A stretch of DNA of 64,000 nucleotides, from NCBI GenBank assembly GCA_027008775.1, contig JALVDV010000010.1:32529-96528 (forward strand), written 5' to 3'. The translations under genes and the position numbers were made by a program. This DNA is from Candidatus Moraniibacteriota bacterium. GTDB taxonomy: Bacteria > Patescibacteriota > Minisyncoccia > Moranbacterales > DUUL01. This document shows positions 19,545 through 28,207 of the stretch, piece after piece (position 1 is the first letter of the stretch; each line of letters begins with the position of its first letter). The notes under the pieces are model-generated. The model ran no database searches. It saw only the letters and a list, made by a program, of their open reading frames with translations, and had not been told where the DNA came from.

Positions 19545-20084
19545 TTATTTCTTGTCAGAACTGTCTGCTCCATCTTCCTTTTTTGCTTTTTCTTCTTTTA
19601 CTTCTTTTACTTTACTTGTCAAATCTTTCTTCTCTTTAGATTCGGGAATTATTTTCTTCTCGGAATTGCTTTTTCCAAGCGACTTTTTCTTTTTCAATTC
19701 TTCCGAAGATTTCCCGGCTTCCTCCACCCATTCCAAGATGGCCATTTTGGCTTTGTCGGATTGGCGATTAACCAACTTGATTACCCGCAAAAAACCGCCA
19801 GCCCGATCTTGATATTTTTTGGCGATTTCTATCAGTTTTTTACTGGTTTGGATATCAAAATTTTTTCGGAGATATCTAACAATAACAGTTAGATCATCAC
19901 CTCTTTTTAATTTTCTCTGAATGGTTCCAATCAATTTTTCCACCTTTGGCTTCAGATACTTGGCTTTGGCCAAAGTTGTCTTGATAGAAGAGTTATGCAC
20001 AAAACTCCTAATCATTGTCCTGACTAAGGCTTTTCTTTGATCGGCGCTTCTGGATAAAGTTTTCCCTTTTTTCCTTTTTCTCAT
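19545..20084 (-). CDS. rplQ: 50S ribosomal protein L17 with charged C-terminal extension
   Basis: IKTTLAKAK, RAGGFLRVIK, DKAKMAILE; about 60-aa K/E tail. Confidence 0.96.
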   Translation of the reverse strand: MRKRKKGKTLSRSADQRKALVRTMIRSFVHNSSIKTTLAKAKYLKPKVEKLIGTIQRKLKRGDDLTVIVRYLRKNFDIQTSKKLIEIAKKYQDRAGGFLRVIKLVNRQSDKAKMAILEWVEEAGKSSEELKKKKSLGKSNSEKKIIPESKEKKDLTSKVKEVKEEKAKKEDGADSSDKK

Positions 20085-20142
20085 ACCGCTTTTATTAAAA
20101 TTAACCTATATTTATTTTGCGAACTACCTTCTTACTTAATAA

Positions 20143-21129
20143 CTACTCCGATTTAAGAACCACCCCCAAGCTACCAATAGCTTTTTTAATTTCCTTTACC
20201 CCCTTTTCTCCCAATCCTTCCAGGCTTAAGAGTTTTTCTTCGGTACTCTTTTCCAATTGCTTGATGGTGGTTATGCGATGATCTTTCAGGATGCTGACGA
20301 TCCGAGCCGGCAGTTTCAAGTCAGCTATTTTAGTAATTGCTTTTTCCTTGGCATCAGCTTCAGCGATTTCTCCTGCTTCTTTTTCTTCTTTCTCCTCATC
20401 AACTTCCCGGGTCTCCTCTTCGTCGGTTTCATCTTCGCTTTCCGCTTCCGCAAATGAGGAGATGGCGTTAAACTGCGCCATCAGAATTTCAATAGCTTGT
20501 TGATAAGCTTCTTGCGGAGAAATGCTGCCATCAGTGACAATGTCAAGAATTACTCTTTCATAATCGGTTCTTTTACCGACTCGCATATTCTCAACGGTAA
20601 AATTCACTCTCTTTATTGGATTGTAGATAGCGTCAACAGCGATGGTTCCAATGGTTTTATCGCTCTCTTGTTGTTCAACGGGAACGTAGCCCAAACCTTT
20701 TTTGATGGTCACTTCCATCTCCAGAGTGGTAGAACCATCAGTAATGGTGGCAATGTGAACATCAGGATCAATCACTTCCACCTCGGAAGTTGTTTCAAAA
20801 TCCTTGGCCGTTACATCTTTTTTGCCCTTGACTTTAAGAAAAGCGGTGGCTTCGTCAACTCCGTTGAGTTTAAAGCGGACGGATTTCAAGTTTAAAATTA
20901 TCTGGACAACATCTTCAACAACTCCGTCAATGGCGGTAAATTCGTGCGTAACCCCTTTGATTTTTACAGCCACAATGGCGCTTCCTTCCAAAGAAGATAA
21001 TAATACCCTGCGGAGAGAATTCCCCAAAGTCGCTCCGTAGCGGGGAAAACACTCTTCAATTATCACTTGACCGGTTTTGTCGTCTATTTCTTTGTAGATT
21101 GGCTTCTTGGGTAATGAGATTGAGAACAT
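20143..21129 (-). CDS. rpoA: RNA polymerase subunit alpha
   Basis: TLGNSLRRVLLSSLEG, HEFTAIDGVVEDV, RVGKRTDY. Confidence 0.98.
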   Translation of the reverse strand: MFSISLPKKPIYKEIDDKTGQVIIEECFPRYGATLGNSLRRVLLSSLEGSAIVAVKIKGVTHEFTAIDGVVEDVVQIILNLKSVRFKLNGVDEATAFLKVKGKKDVTAKDFETTSEVEVIDPDVHIATITDGSTTLEMEVTIKKGLGYVPVEQQESDKTIGTIAVDAIYNPIKRVNFTVENMRVGKRTDYERVILDIVTDGSISPQEAYQQAIEILMAQFNAISSFAEAESEDETDEEETREVDEEKEEKEAGEIAEADAKEKAITKIADLKLPARIVSILKDHRITTIKQLEKSTEEKLLSLEGLGEKGVKEIKKAIGSLGVVLKSE

Positions 21130-21193
21130 GGTATTTCTTTTTAATTGTTACAATTTTTAAAAAGTTGGCGATTAGCTAGATTGATGATAACTG

Positions 21194-21826
21194 CTACCTG
21201 GAGTAGAACTCTATTACCATAGCCAGATCAACATTGAGGGCAACTTCTTCTCTGTTTGGTTTGGCCAAAACTTTTCCCTCCATTTTTTTAACATCAAAAG
21301 CCAACCATTTGGCAACTTTTTGATCTTTGGAAAGAATGGCTTGGATTTCTTTCAGCAATTTTTTATCCCGTTTGTTTTCTCTGACGGTAATAACATCTCC
21401 CACTTTTAAGATGGCGGAAGGAATGTTGAGCATTTTATTATTAACGGCAAACATTTTGTGAGAAACCAATTGCCTGGCTTGCGCTCTACTTTGGGCCAAA
21501 CCCAGCCTGTAAACTACGTTGTCCAGTCTGTACTCCAAAAGAGTTAATAAATTGTCTCCCAAAACCCCCTTTTGGCGTCTGGCCATTTCCAAGAAACGGC
21601 GCAATTGTTTTTCACTTACTCCGTAGATTCTCTTTAATTTCTGCTTCTCTTTTAATTGTTTGCCGTATTCGGACAAGCCACGGGGCACGCCGGAATTGCC
21701 GTGCATTCCCGGAGCGTACGGTTTTCTCACCAAAGCGCATTTGGGGCTGGAACAACGATCTCCCTTAAGAAATAGCTTCTCATTTGCCCGACGACAGAGT
21801 TTGCATTTTGAACTTATTTTTGCCAT
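21194..21826 (-). CDS. rpsD: 30S ribosomal protein S4 (Zn-type N-terminus)
   Basis: CKLCRR..KLFLKGDRC, LEYRLDNVVYRLG, IEFYSR. Confidence 0.98.
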   Translation of the reverse strand: MAKISSKCKLCRRANEKLFLKGDRCSSPKCALVRKPYAPGMHGNSGVPRGLSEYGKQLKEKQKLKRIYGVSEKQLRRFLEMARRQKGVLGDNLLTLLEYRLDNVVYRLGLAQSRAQARQLVSHKMFAVNNKMLNIPSAILKVGDVITVRENKRDKKLLKEIQAILSKDQKVAKWLAFDVKKMEGKVLAKPNREEVALNVDLAMVIEFYSR

Positions 21827-21849
21827 ATCTTAGATTTCCAAAATTAAAA

Positions 21850-22470
21850 TTATACCCTCCTTGGTTTTCGGGGACGACAACCGTTGTGAGGAACGGGCGT
21901 AGTGTCCTTGATTGAGATAATGTTGTAACCTTTTTGAGCCAAGGCTCGCAAAGCGGCGTCTCGACCACTGCCAACTCCCTTCACAAAAACTTCAACATCC
22001 TTGAGTCCGTACTTTCTCACTTTTTCGTCGGCGTCCAGGGCAACTTGATTGGCAGCGTAGGTAGTGGCTTTTTTGGCACCTTTAAAGCCCAATGATCCGG
22101 CTGAAGACCAAGCCAAAGCGTTGCCGTGCATATCGGAAAACAGAACAATGGTGTTGTTGTAGGAAGATTTGATGTACACCCGGCCTCTTCTGACTTGCCG
22201 ACGACGATTTCTTTTTTTCTTGCGAAAAGTGGAATTTGCTTGCACTTCCGATTGTTCTTTGTTTGTTTCGTCCTTTTCGGCAGGTTTGTTTGCTTTCACA
22301 GTGGAAGAAACAGTTTTAGCTTGGTCAGATTTTTTGCTTGTCTCTTCTTTTTTTTCCAATTCTTGATCCTCCGATTTGACGCGAGAAGAAACAGCCTCGT
22401 CCTTTGTGGCTGTAGAAACTGTTTTCACAGAAGATTCTTTGTCTGTCTGATTGGTCTTTTCTTTGTCCAT
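21850..22470 (-). CDS. rpsK: 30S ribosomal protein S11 with long N-terminal extension
   Basis: SSYNNTI, WSSAGSLGFKG, DTTPVPHNGCRP; about 80 extra S/T/K/E residues. Confidence 0.97.
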   Translation of the reverse strand: MDKEKTNQTDKESSVKTVSTATKDEAVSSRVKSEDQELEKKEETSKKSDQAKTVSSTVKANKPAEKDETNKEQSEVQANSTFRKKKRNRRRQVRRGRVYIKSSYNNTIVLFSDMHGNALAWSSAGSLGFKGAKKATTYAANQVALDADEKVRKYGLKDVEVFVKGVGSGRDAALRALAQKGYNIISIKDTTPVPHNGCRPRKPRRV

Positions 22471-22500
22471 AAATAAAAGATGGATTAAATTTCTTAAAGT

Positions 22501-22890
22501 TTATTTTTTCTCAACGGTACGACGTCCGCTACCCATTGTCACCCTCTTATTACCGCGAACAGTTCTAGTGTTAGTTCTGGTTCTTTGGCCCCTAACAGGC
22601 AAACCTTTGATATGACGCAGACCGCGATAACAACCTATTTCTTTCAATCTTTTGATGTTCATCATTATTTCTCTTTTCAACTCTCCTTCCAGGACGTAAT
22701 TGTTTTCAATCTCGTCACGTAAACGTTTAACATCCTTTAAGGAAATATCTTTAGCGCGCAGATTTTTATCAATACCAACTTTTTCCAAAATTTTATTGGC
22801 GCGACTTCTGCCGATACCGAAAATATAAGTTAAAGCTATTTCTATTCTTTTATTGTCTGGGATATTAACCCCGGAAATTCTGATGGCCAT
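22501..22890 (-). CDS. rpsM: 30S ribosomal protein S13
   Basis: [28 protein letters not shown]. Confidence 0.98.
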   Translation of the reverse strand: MAIRISGVNIPDNKRIEIALTYIFGIGRSRANKILEKVGIDKNLRAKDISLKDVKRLRDEIENNYVLEGELKREIMMNIKRLKEIGCYRGLRHIKGLPVRGQRTRTNTRTVRGNKRVTMGSGRRTVEKK

Positions 22891-22948
22891 ATTGATTTGC
22901 TAATGTTTTAAAACTTTCCGATTAAATTATTCAGTTTGTTTGTCTTTC

Positions 22949-23062
22949 TTATCCTTGCCTTTGTTTGTGCCTGGGATTAGCGCAAATAACATAAACTCGC
23001 CCTTTACGACGGACTATTTTGCACTTGGGGCATCTTTTTTTTACAGAAGCTTGGACTTTCAT
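22949..23062 (-). CDS. rpmJ: 50S ribosomal protein L36 (not in the ORF track)
   Basis: Manual translation [37 protein letters not shown]. Confidence 0.97.
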   Translation of the reverse strand: MKVQASVKKRCPKCKIVRRKGRVYVICANPRHKQRQG

Positions 23063-23100
23063 TAGATTGGATTCTTATACTCTTAATCGCTAATTTATCA

Positions 23101-23316
23101 TTACAATCTCTTGGTAATTCTGCCTCGGGTCAAATCATAGGGGCTCATTTCCACCAATACTTTGTCGCCGGGCATTAATTTAATAAAATTGATTCTCATT
23201 TTACCGGAAATGTGGGCCAGGATAATGTGTCCATTCTCCAATTTCACTCTGAACATTGTGCTGGGAAGCAATTCCACCACTTCCCCTTCCAGTTCTACGA
23301 TTTCTTTGGCAGACAT
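23101..23316 (-). CDS. infA: Translation initiation factor IF-1
   Basis: [28 protein letters not shown]. Confidence 0.98.
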   Translation of the reverse strand: MSAKEIVELEGEVVELLPSTMFRVKLENGHIILAHISGKMRINFIKLMPGDKVLVEMSPYDLTRGRITKRL

Positions 23317-23445
23317 CTTTGTTTGGTGAAAATTAAATTAGCAAATAAACAAAAAAAACGAAGGCGCCCAACAGCAATGGTCCTAGGTCTTGAATTTGCC
23401 TAAATAACCACCTTCTATTGCATATTATTTTTATCAACTCTTTCC

Positions 23446-23474
23446 AGTATATACTATAAAAAAAATATTGTCAA
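23446..23474 (-). promoter_or_regulatory. Consensus sigma70 promoter of the infA-alpha operon
   Basis: TTGACA-17 bp-TATACT. Confidence 0.8.
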
Positions 23475-23538
23475 GCGCTGACGAGTTGAGTGGCGCGCAA
23501 AAACAAAAACAGAAACTCAAGAGCAATGAAAAACAACG

Positions 23539-23705
23539 AACTCATCTGGGGTTTTTCCTTTTCTAATATTTAAGCTTTCCGGATGTTATTTTCTACCTGA
23601 TGTTTAACACTTTGTTGATTAAAGAAGAAGTCAAACATGTGTCCGAAAATAACATCCGGAGAGCTTGACTGGTAAAGGCTTTAGGAGGATAAACCTGAAT
23701 GAGTT
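23539..23705. mobile_element. MITE-like long-hairpin element, copy 1 (most complete)
   Basis: Core inverted repeat AAGCTTTCCGGATGTTATTTTC (23572-23593) / GAAAATAACATCCGGAGAGCTT (23645-23666); outer AACTCAT...ATGAGTT ends; homologues at 30563 and 47535. Confidence 0.65.
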
Positions 23706-23719
23706 AAGCAAGATAAATA

Positions 23720-24544
23720 CTAATTATGTAAAGAGGAGAACTGGTTGTCCAGCAATTTAAGTAATTTAAACCAGTCGTCCAAAGAAAGTTTCTCTGCGCG
23801 AACACGCTCATTCAACTGTAATTCGGAAAATATTTCTTCCCACCTTTTTTCCGGCAAATTAAAAACATTTTTCAGATTGTTACGCAGAGTTTTCCGGGGA
23901 GAAGAAAAAGCGACTTTTAGGAGACGAAAAAAATTTTTTTCTTGACTCCGATCAATTTTTTCTTTCGGTTTTAATTTGAGAATGGCAGAATCAACTTTGG
24001 GTTCGGGGAAAAAAGCTTGACGAGGAACGTGGGCGACAATTTCCGGTTGGGCAAAATATTTGACCGACAAGGAAAGGATACTCTCCTTTCCCCGAGAGGC
24101 GCAAATTCTTTCCGCCACCTCTTTTTGTAGCAAAAGAACCACCAGGCTTGGTAGGTTTTTCTGCTGAAAAATCAATCTAATGATTTTGCCGGTGATGTAA
24201 TAAGGAATGTTGGCAATAATTTTGTAATCAGTAAAATTTTCCTTTTGCAAAATTTCCGGCAGATTGATTGTCAAAACATCGGCGAAGTACAAATTTAGTT
24301 TGTCGGGATACTTCTGTTTTAATTTTAATAAGGGACTGTTTTTTGCTTGCAATCGTTTGTCTTTTTCAATAGCCACCACTTTGGCTCCGCCCGATAATAA
24401 TCTTTTGGTTAACACTCCCTCGCCCGGTCCGATCTCCAAGATATTGTCTTGGGGAGTAAGTTCGCCGGCGGAAATGATTTTTTGGAGAATGCTTTTATCC
24501 CGCAAGAAATTTTGTCCCAAAGATTTTTTTTGTATAATTTTCAT
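23720..24544 (-). CDS. rsmA: 16S rRNA adenine dimethyltransferase RsmA/KsgA
   Basis: KKSLGQNFL, LEIGPGEG, ANIPYYIT, FFPEPKVDSA. Confidence 0.97.
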   Translation of the reverse strand: MKIIQKKSLGQNFLRDKSILQKIISAGELTPQDNILEIGPGEGVLTKRLLSGGAKVVAIEKDKRLQAKNSPLLKLKQKYPDKLNLYFADVLTINLPEILQKENFTDYKIIANIPYYITGKIIRLIFQQKNLPSLVVLLLQKEVAERICASRGKESILSLSVKYFAQPEIVAHVPRQAFFPEPKVDSAILKLKPKEKIDRSQEKNFFRLLKVAFSSPRKTLRNNLKNVFNLPEKRWEEIFSELQLNERVRAEKLSLDDWFKLLKLLDNQFSSLHN

Positions 24545-24604
24545 AAAAACTTAACAAGTCAGGATTTATATTCAAGTGCGGTTGGATAACACCTCCGCTA
24601 ATAG

Positions 24605-25702
24605 TTACCCTCCGCCAATAATGCCGATTAAAATTCCCAGGACGGCAAAAATAGCATTGAGAATCCAAAGGCGAACGGTCACCTTGGTTTCCGGCCAACC
24701 TTTAGCTTCAAAATGGTGATGAAGAGGAGCGGCTAAAAATATTTTGCGATGAAAGAATTTTTTGCTGACCAATTGAATAGTAACGGAAAGAGCTTCCAGC
24801 ACATAAACACTAACCAGAAAAGGGAGAACCAGAACCGAATTCAAGAGCAAGGCCACTACGCCCAGAGTTGCTCCCAAAGAAAAAGAGCCGGTGTCACCCA
24901 TAAAAAAACGCGCCGGATAAAAATTGAACCAAAGAAAAGCCAGCAGAGAACCGGCCACCACCGCGCAAAAAGCGGCTAAATCCATACGTCCCTGAAAAAA
25001 AGCTATAACAGCGAAACCGACAAAAGCTTGAATTAAAATCCCGGCGTTTAAGCCATCCAAGCCGTCGGTTTCGTTGGAAGAGAAGGCGGTGGCGATAACC
25101 ACAAAGATGAAGAGAGGGATATAAAGCCAGCCAATGGTGATATCTCCCACCGCCGGCACATGAATACTGTTCCAATCAAGTTTGGTGTAAAACCACCAAG
25201 CGCCGAAAGAAGAAATGGCCAATGTCCAGAGTAAACGCCAACCAAAGCGCATTCCGCCACCCTTGTTGCCACCGATTTTTTTGATACTCATCCAATCGTC
25301 GGCCAATCCCAAAAGAGCGGTGGTGAGCAGAAAGAAAAGAGGTAGCCAAGTTTGACTGCGGGAAAAAAAATCCAACCGACTTATCCAAACACTGCGAAAT
25401 TTTTCGGAAAGAAATGGCGCCAGCCAATTCATTAACCAAGCCAGCAGGATAACTGTTCCCCAAATCAGAACCCCACCCATTGTCGGCGTGCCGTCTTTGT
25501 AGGCGTGCAATTTATTGACATATTTTAGTTTTTGGCCATCAACGGACTTTTCTTTGATTTTAATGCCAATACGATGCTTAAAAAGAAAATGCGCCCAAAA
25601 GGGAGTGAGTGTCATTGCCAGAAAGAAGGCTGAAACAGATAGGACAATAACTTTAGCTAGAGCTAAGACTTCCGGAATTGTTTCAATTTGAGCAATTTGC
25701 AT
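24605..25702 (-). CDS. mraY: Phospho-N-acetylmuramoyl-pentapeptide transferase
   Basis: GTPTMGG, GLADD, NETDGLDGL, FMGDTGS, APLHHHFE. Confidence 0.97.
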   Translation of the reverse strand: MQIAQIETIPEVLALAKVIVLSVSAFFLAMTLTPFWAHFLFKHRIGIKIKEKSVDGQKLKYVNKLHAYKDGTPTMGGVLIWGTVILLAWLMNWLAPFLSEKFRSVWISRLDFFSRSQTWLPLFFLLTTALLGLADDWMSIKKIGGNKGGGMRFGWRLLWTLAISSFGAWWFYTKLDWNSIHVPAVGDITIGWLYIPLFIFVVIATAFSSNETDGLDGLNAGILIQAFVGFAVIAFFQGRMDLAAFCAVVAGSLLAFLWFNFYPARFFMGDTGSFSLGATLGVVALLLNSVLVLPFLVSVYVLEALSVTIQLVSKKFFHRKIFLAAPLHHHFEAKGWPETKVTVRLWILNAIFAVLGILIGIIGGG

Positions 25703-25705
25703 AAC

Positions 25706-26818
25706 TTACTTTTGATAATTTACATCCTGCCAATTATAACTTTGGAAAATCCAGTTGAATAATTTTTGCGCATCTTCAAAACGGTAGGGATCATTAAGGA
25801 TGACGGCGACTACTTTAATATTCTTGTCTTGAGGATGATTGGCAATCATCATTAAAGTTTTGCCGGCCTCGTAAGTAAAACCGGTTTTGGCTCCCAAGCA
25901 ATTAGGCATGGAATCCAAAAGAATATTGGTGGTGGCAAAACGATGTTTCTTTTGGTTATCCAAAGAAGTAAACCACTTTTCTTTGATTTTAAAAACCCTT
26001 TGCAAATCTTGGTAGCGTTTGTTTTTGAGAGCGTAAACAACTATTTTGGCAACGTCGGCAGCCGAAGAATAACATTTTTCGGAACCATCTTCTTCGTCAT
26101 CTAAACCGGAGGGGTTGCAAAAATGAGTGTCGCGCAAGCCAATTTCTCGAGCCTTTTTATTCATTAATTCGGCGAATTTCTTTTGGGAACCGGCAATATG
26201 TTTAGCCAGGGCTATGGCGGCATCATTGGCGCTATTGACCAGCATTGCCTCCAATAAATCCTGGGCTTTCACCTTTTCTCCCGGGTGAAGAACATCCGAA
26301 AAACAATGGGTGCTGGTGGGACAACCGACCTTGCTGGTGGGAGCGTTACAGACTTCCCGGTCAATAGTGACAACTTCTTTGGATAAATCCTTAAGATTGT
26401 CTAAGACTACCAAAGCTGTCATCAATTTGGTTAAAGAGGCAATAGGCAAGCGACGATTGGCGTTTTGATCGTATAAAATTTTTTCACTGCCCACATCAAC
26501 AGCTACGGCGCTTTTGGCCCGAACATAAGTTCGCCCCACCCCTTCTTTTTTGACGGGTAGTGGAATCGGCTTTGGCGCCAAATCTTTTTCCACAGTAATT
26601 GCTTGTCTGAGAAGCAAATTGTTTTTATCAAAATTGTCACTCTGTTTTTTTCTTGGCGAGGACGAAAGTGATTGAACTTTGTGATCTTGAACGCCGCGAA
26701 CCAAGAGCGTTTGCCCGGCTTGCAAACGGTGATAATCTCTAAGCAGAAAAATCCCCGTACCCAGAGAGAGGATAAAAACTATTGTGCTAACCAGGTTAAT
26801 TTTCACAATATCTTTCAT
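25706..26818 (-). CDS. D-alanyl-D-alanine carboxypeptidase (peptidase S11)
   Basis: ASLTKLMT (SxxK), SANDAA (SxN), KTG; N-terminal TM. Confidence 0.92.
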   Translation of the reverse strand: MKDIVKINLVSTIVFILSLGTGIFLLRDYHRLQAGQTLLVRGVQDHKVQSLSSSPRKKQSDNFDKNNLLLRQAITVEKDLAPKPIPLPVKKEGVGRTYVRAKSAVAVDVGSEKILYDQNANRRLPIASLTKLMTALVVLDNLKDLSKEVVTIDREVCNAPTSKVGCPTSTHCFSDVLHPGEKVKAQDLLEAMLVNSANDAAIALAKHIAGSQKKFAELMNKKAREIGLRDTHFCNPSGLDDEEDGSEKCYSSAADVAKIVVYALKNKRYQDLQRVFKIKEKWFTSLDNQKKHRFATTNILLDSMPNCLGAKTGFTYEAGKTLMMIANHPQDKNIKVVAVILNDPYRFEDAQKLFNWIFQSYNWQDVNYQK

Positions 26819-27426
26819 TTTTTAGCAGAAGAATTATTTTCTGAAAAATCACCATTTTTAACTTTTTCCGAAAGCTTTTGGGAAAGCTCTTCATAATTTT
26901 CCAAATCACTGACTCTTTTCAACCCCATTTTACGCAAAAAATCAAAACTGATTTCATAGATGTAGGAGCGGTTATCCAAGGGATTTTCCCGTCTTTCAAC
27001 CACCCCTTTCAGTAAGAGATTTTTTAAGGCAAAAGAAGAGTTGACGCCACGAATATATTCTATCTGCGCCTTGGTTATCGGTCCGCGATAAGCGATGATG
27101 GCCAATGTCTCCAAAGTCGCGGCGGAAAGTTTTTCATTCAGGCTCTGCCCTAGAAACTTGTTAACTAACAAGCCCAGGTTGGCTTTAGTGACCAGCTGTA
27201 TTTTATTCTTTTTCTCAACTATTTGCAAACCACTGTCCACTTGGGCGTATTTTTCTTTCAATGCTGATAAGATTTGAGAAAATTTTGCGGGAGAGATTTT
27301 TAAAAACTTGATTAGACTTTTAATTTCAACCGGATCACCTTTGCTGAAAAGAATCGCTTCTGTGACCGCCATCTTTTTTGCCTGGTCTTTTGAATTCTGA
27401 TTATTTTTTGCCGTTGATTGCTTCAT
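26815..27426 (-). CDS. scpB: Segregation and condensation protein B
   Basis: EAILFS, LETLAIIAYRGPITKAQIEYIRGV. Confidence 0.96.
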   Translation of the reverse strand: MKQSTAKNNQNSKDQAKKMAVTEAILFSKGDPVEIKSLIKFLKISPAKFSQILSALKEKYAQVDSGLQIVEKKNKIQLVTKANLGLLVNKFLGQSLNEKLSAATLETLAIIAYRGPITKAQIEYIRGVNSSFALKNLLLKGVVERRENPLDNRSYIYEISFDFLRKMGLKRVSDLENYEELSQKLSEKVKNGDFSENNSSAKK

Positions 27427-27494
27427 TGTTTCTTTATTCTAAATTTTTGGAATTTTAATTCGAGGTCGCCACCGGAGGTGGCCGGCTTGCCCGT

Positions 27495-28202
27495 TCATAA
27501 CTTGGAAAGCCTTTTAATACTAATTTCGCCAAAGGCACCCTCTTGTCGCACGGTGATGAAACGCTGTTTTAACATTTCCAAAATCGCCAAGAAAGAAACT
27601 ACGACTTCCGCTTTATCTTGACTGTTTTTCACCAATTCCCGAAAACTGATTTCCACCCGTTGGGAGATTGATTTTTTAAGAGAAGCCAGCTTTTCTTCCA
27701 GGCTGATTGTTTTTTCTATGGTTTCTTCGGCCAGAACCGCCGGCGTTTCATCTCTTTTTAATAGTGAGGTCAAGGCTTTGGCTAATTCCGTTTTTTCCAA
27801 GGGGGGAAAGGAGGGTTTCACTTGGATAGGAATTGTTTGCTCACGACAAAAAGCAATCCTTTGTTGTTGCCAGCGTCGACCAAGTTGCCGAGCGGCCTTT
27901 TTGAATTTTTTATATTCTCTTAATCTCTCTTCCAATTCTTTGATGTCTTCCTCTTCCTCGGCGGTTAGTTCAAAAAAAGGCAGGAGCACCTTTGATTTGA
28001 TTAAAATAAGTTGAGAAGCAACAAACAAAAACTCGGCAAGATTTTGCAAACTAACCTCTTCCCTCTCTTTTAAATAAGCCAGAAAATCGTCCGTCACTTT
28101 GGCCAAGGAAACAGAAGTTACATCAAGTTTTCTTTTTTCTATCAATTCCAATAATAGAGGCAGTGGTCCTTTAAATTCATCTAGCTGAACTTGGTATTGC
28201 AT
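27495..28202 (-). CDS. scpA: Segregation and condensation protein A (kleisin)
   Basis: FKGPLPLLLELI, LILIKSKVLLP, VVSFLAILEM. Confidence 0.96.
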   Translation of the reverse strand: MQYQVQLDEFKGPLPLLLELIEKRKLDVTSVSLAKVTDDFLAYLKEREEVSLQNLAEFLFVASQLILIKSKVLLPFFELTAEEEEDIKELEERLREYKKFKKAARQLGRRWQQQRIAFCREQTIPIQVKPSFPPLEKTELAKALTSLLKRDETPAVLAEETIEKTISLEEKLASLKKSISQRVEISFRELVKNSQDKAEVVVSFLAILEMLKQRFITVRQEGAFGEISIKRLSKL

Positions 28203-28207
28203 AGCAT

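Noticed and set aside
23539-23705. Hairpin element read as an integron attC site
   Set aside because: No clear RYYYAAC...GTTRRRY ends, no regular gene-site array and no integron integrase in the window.
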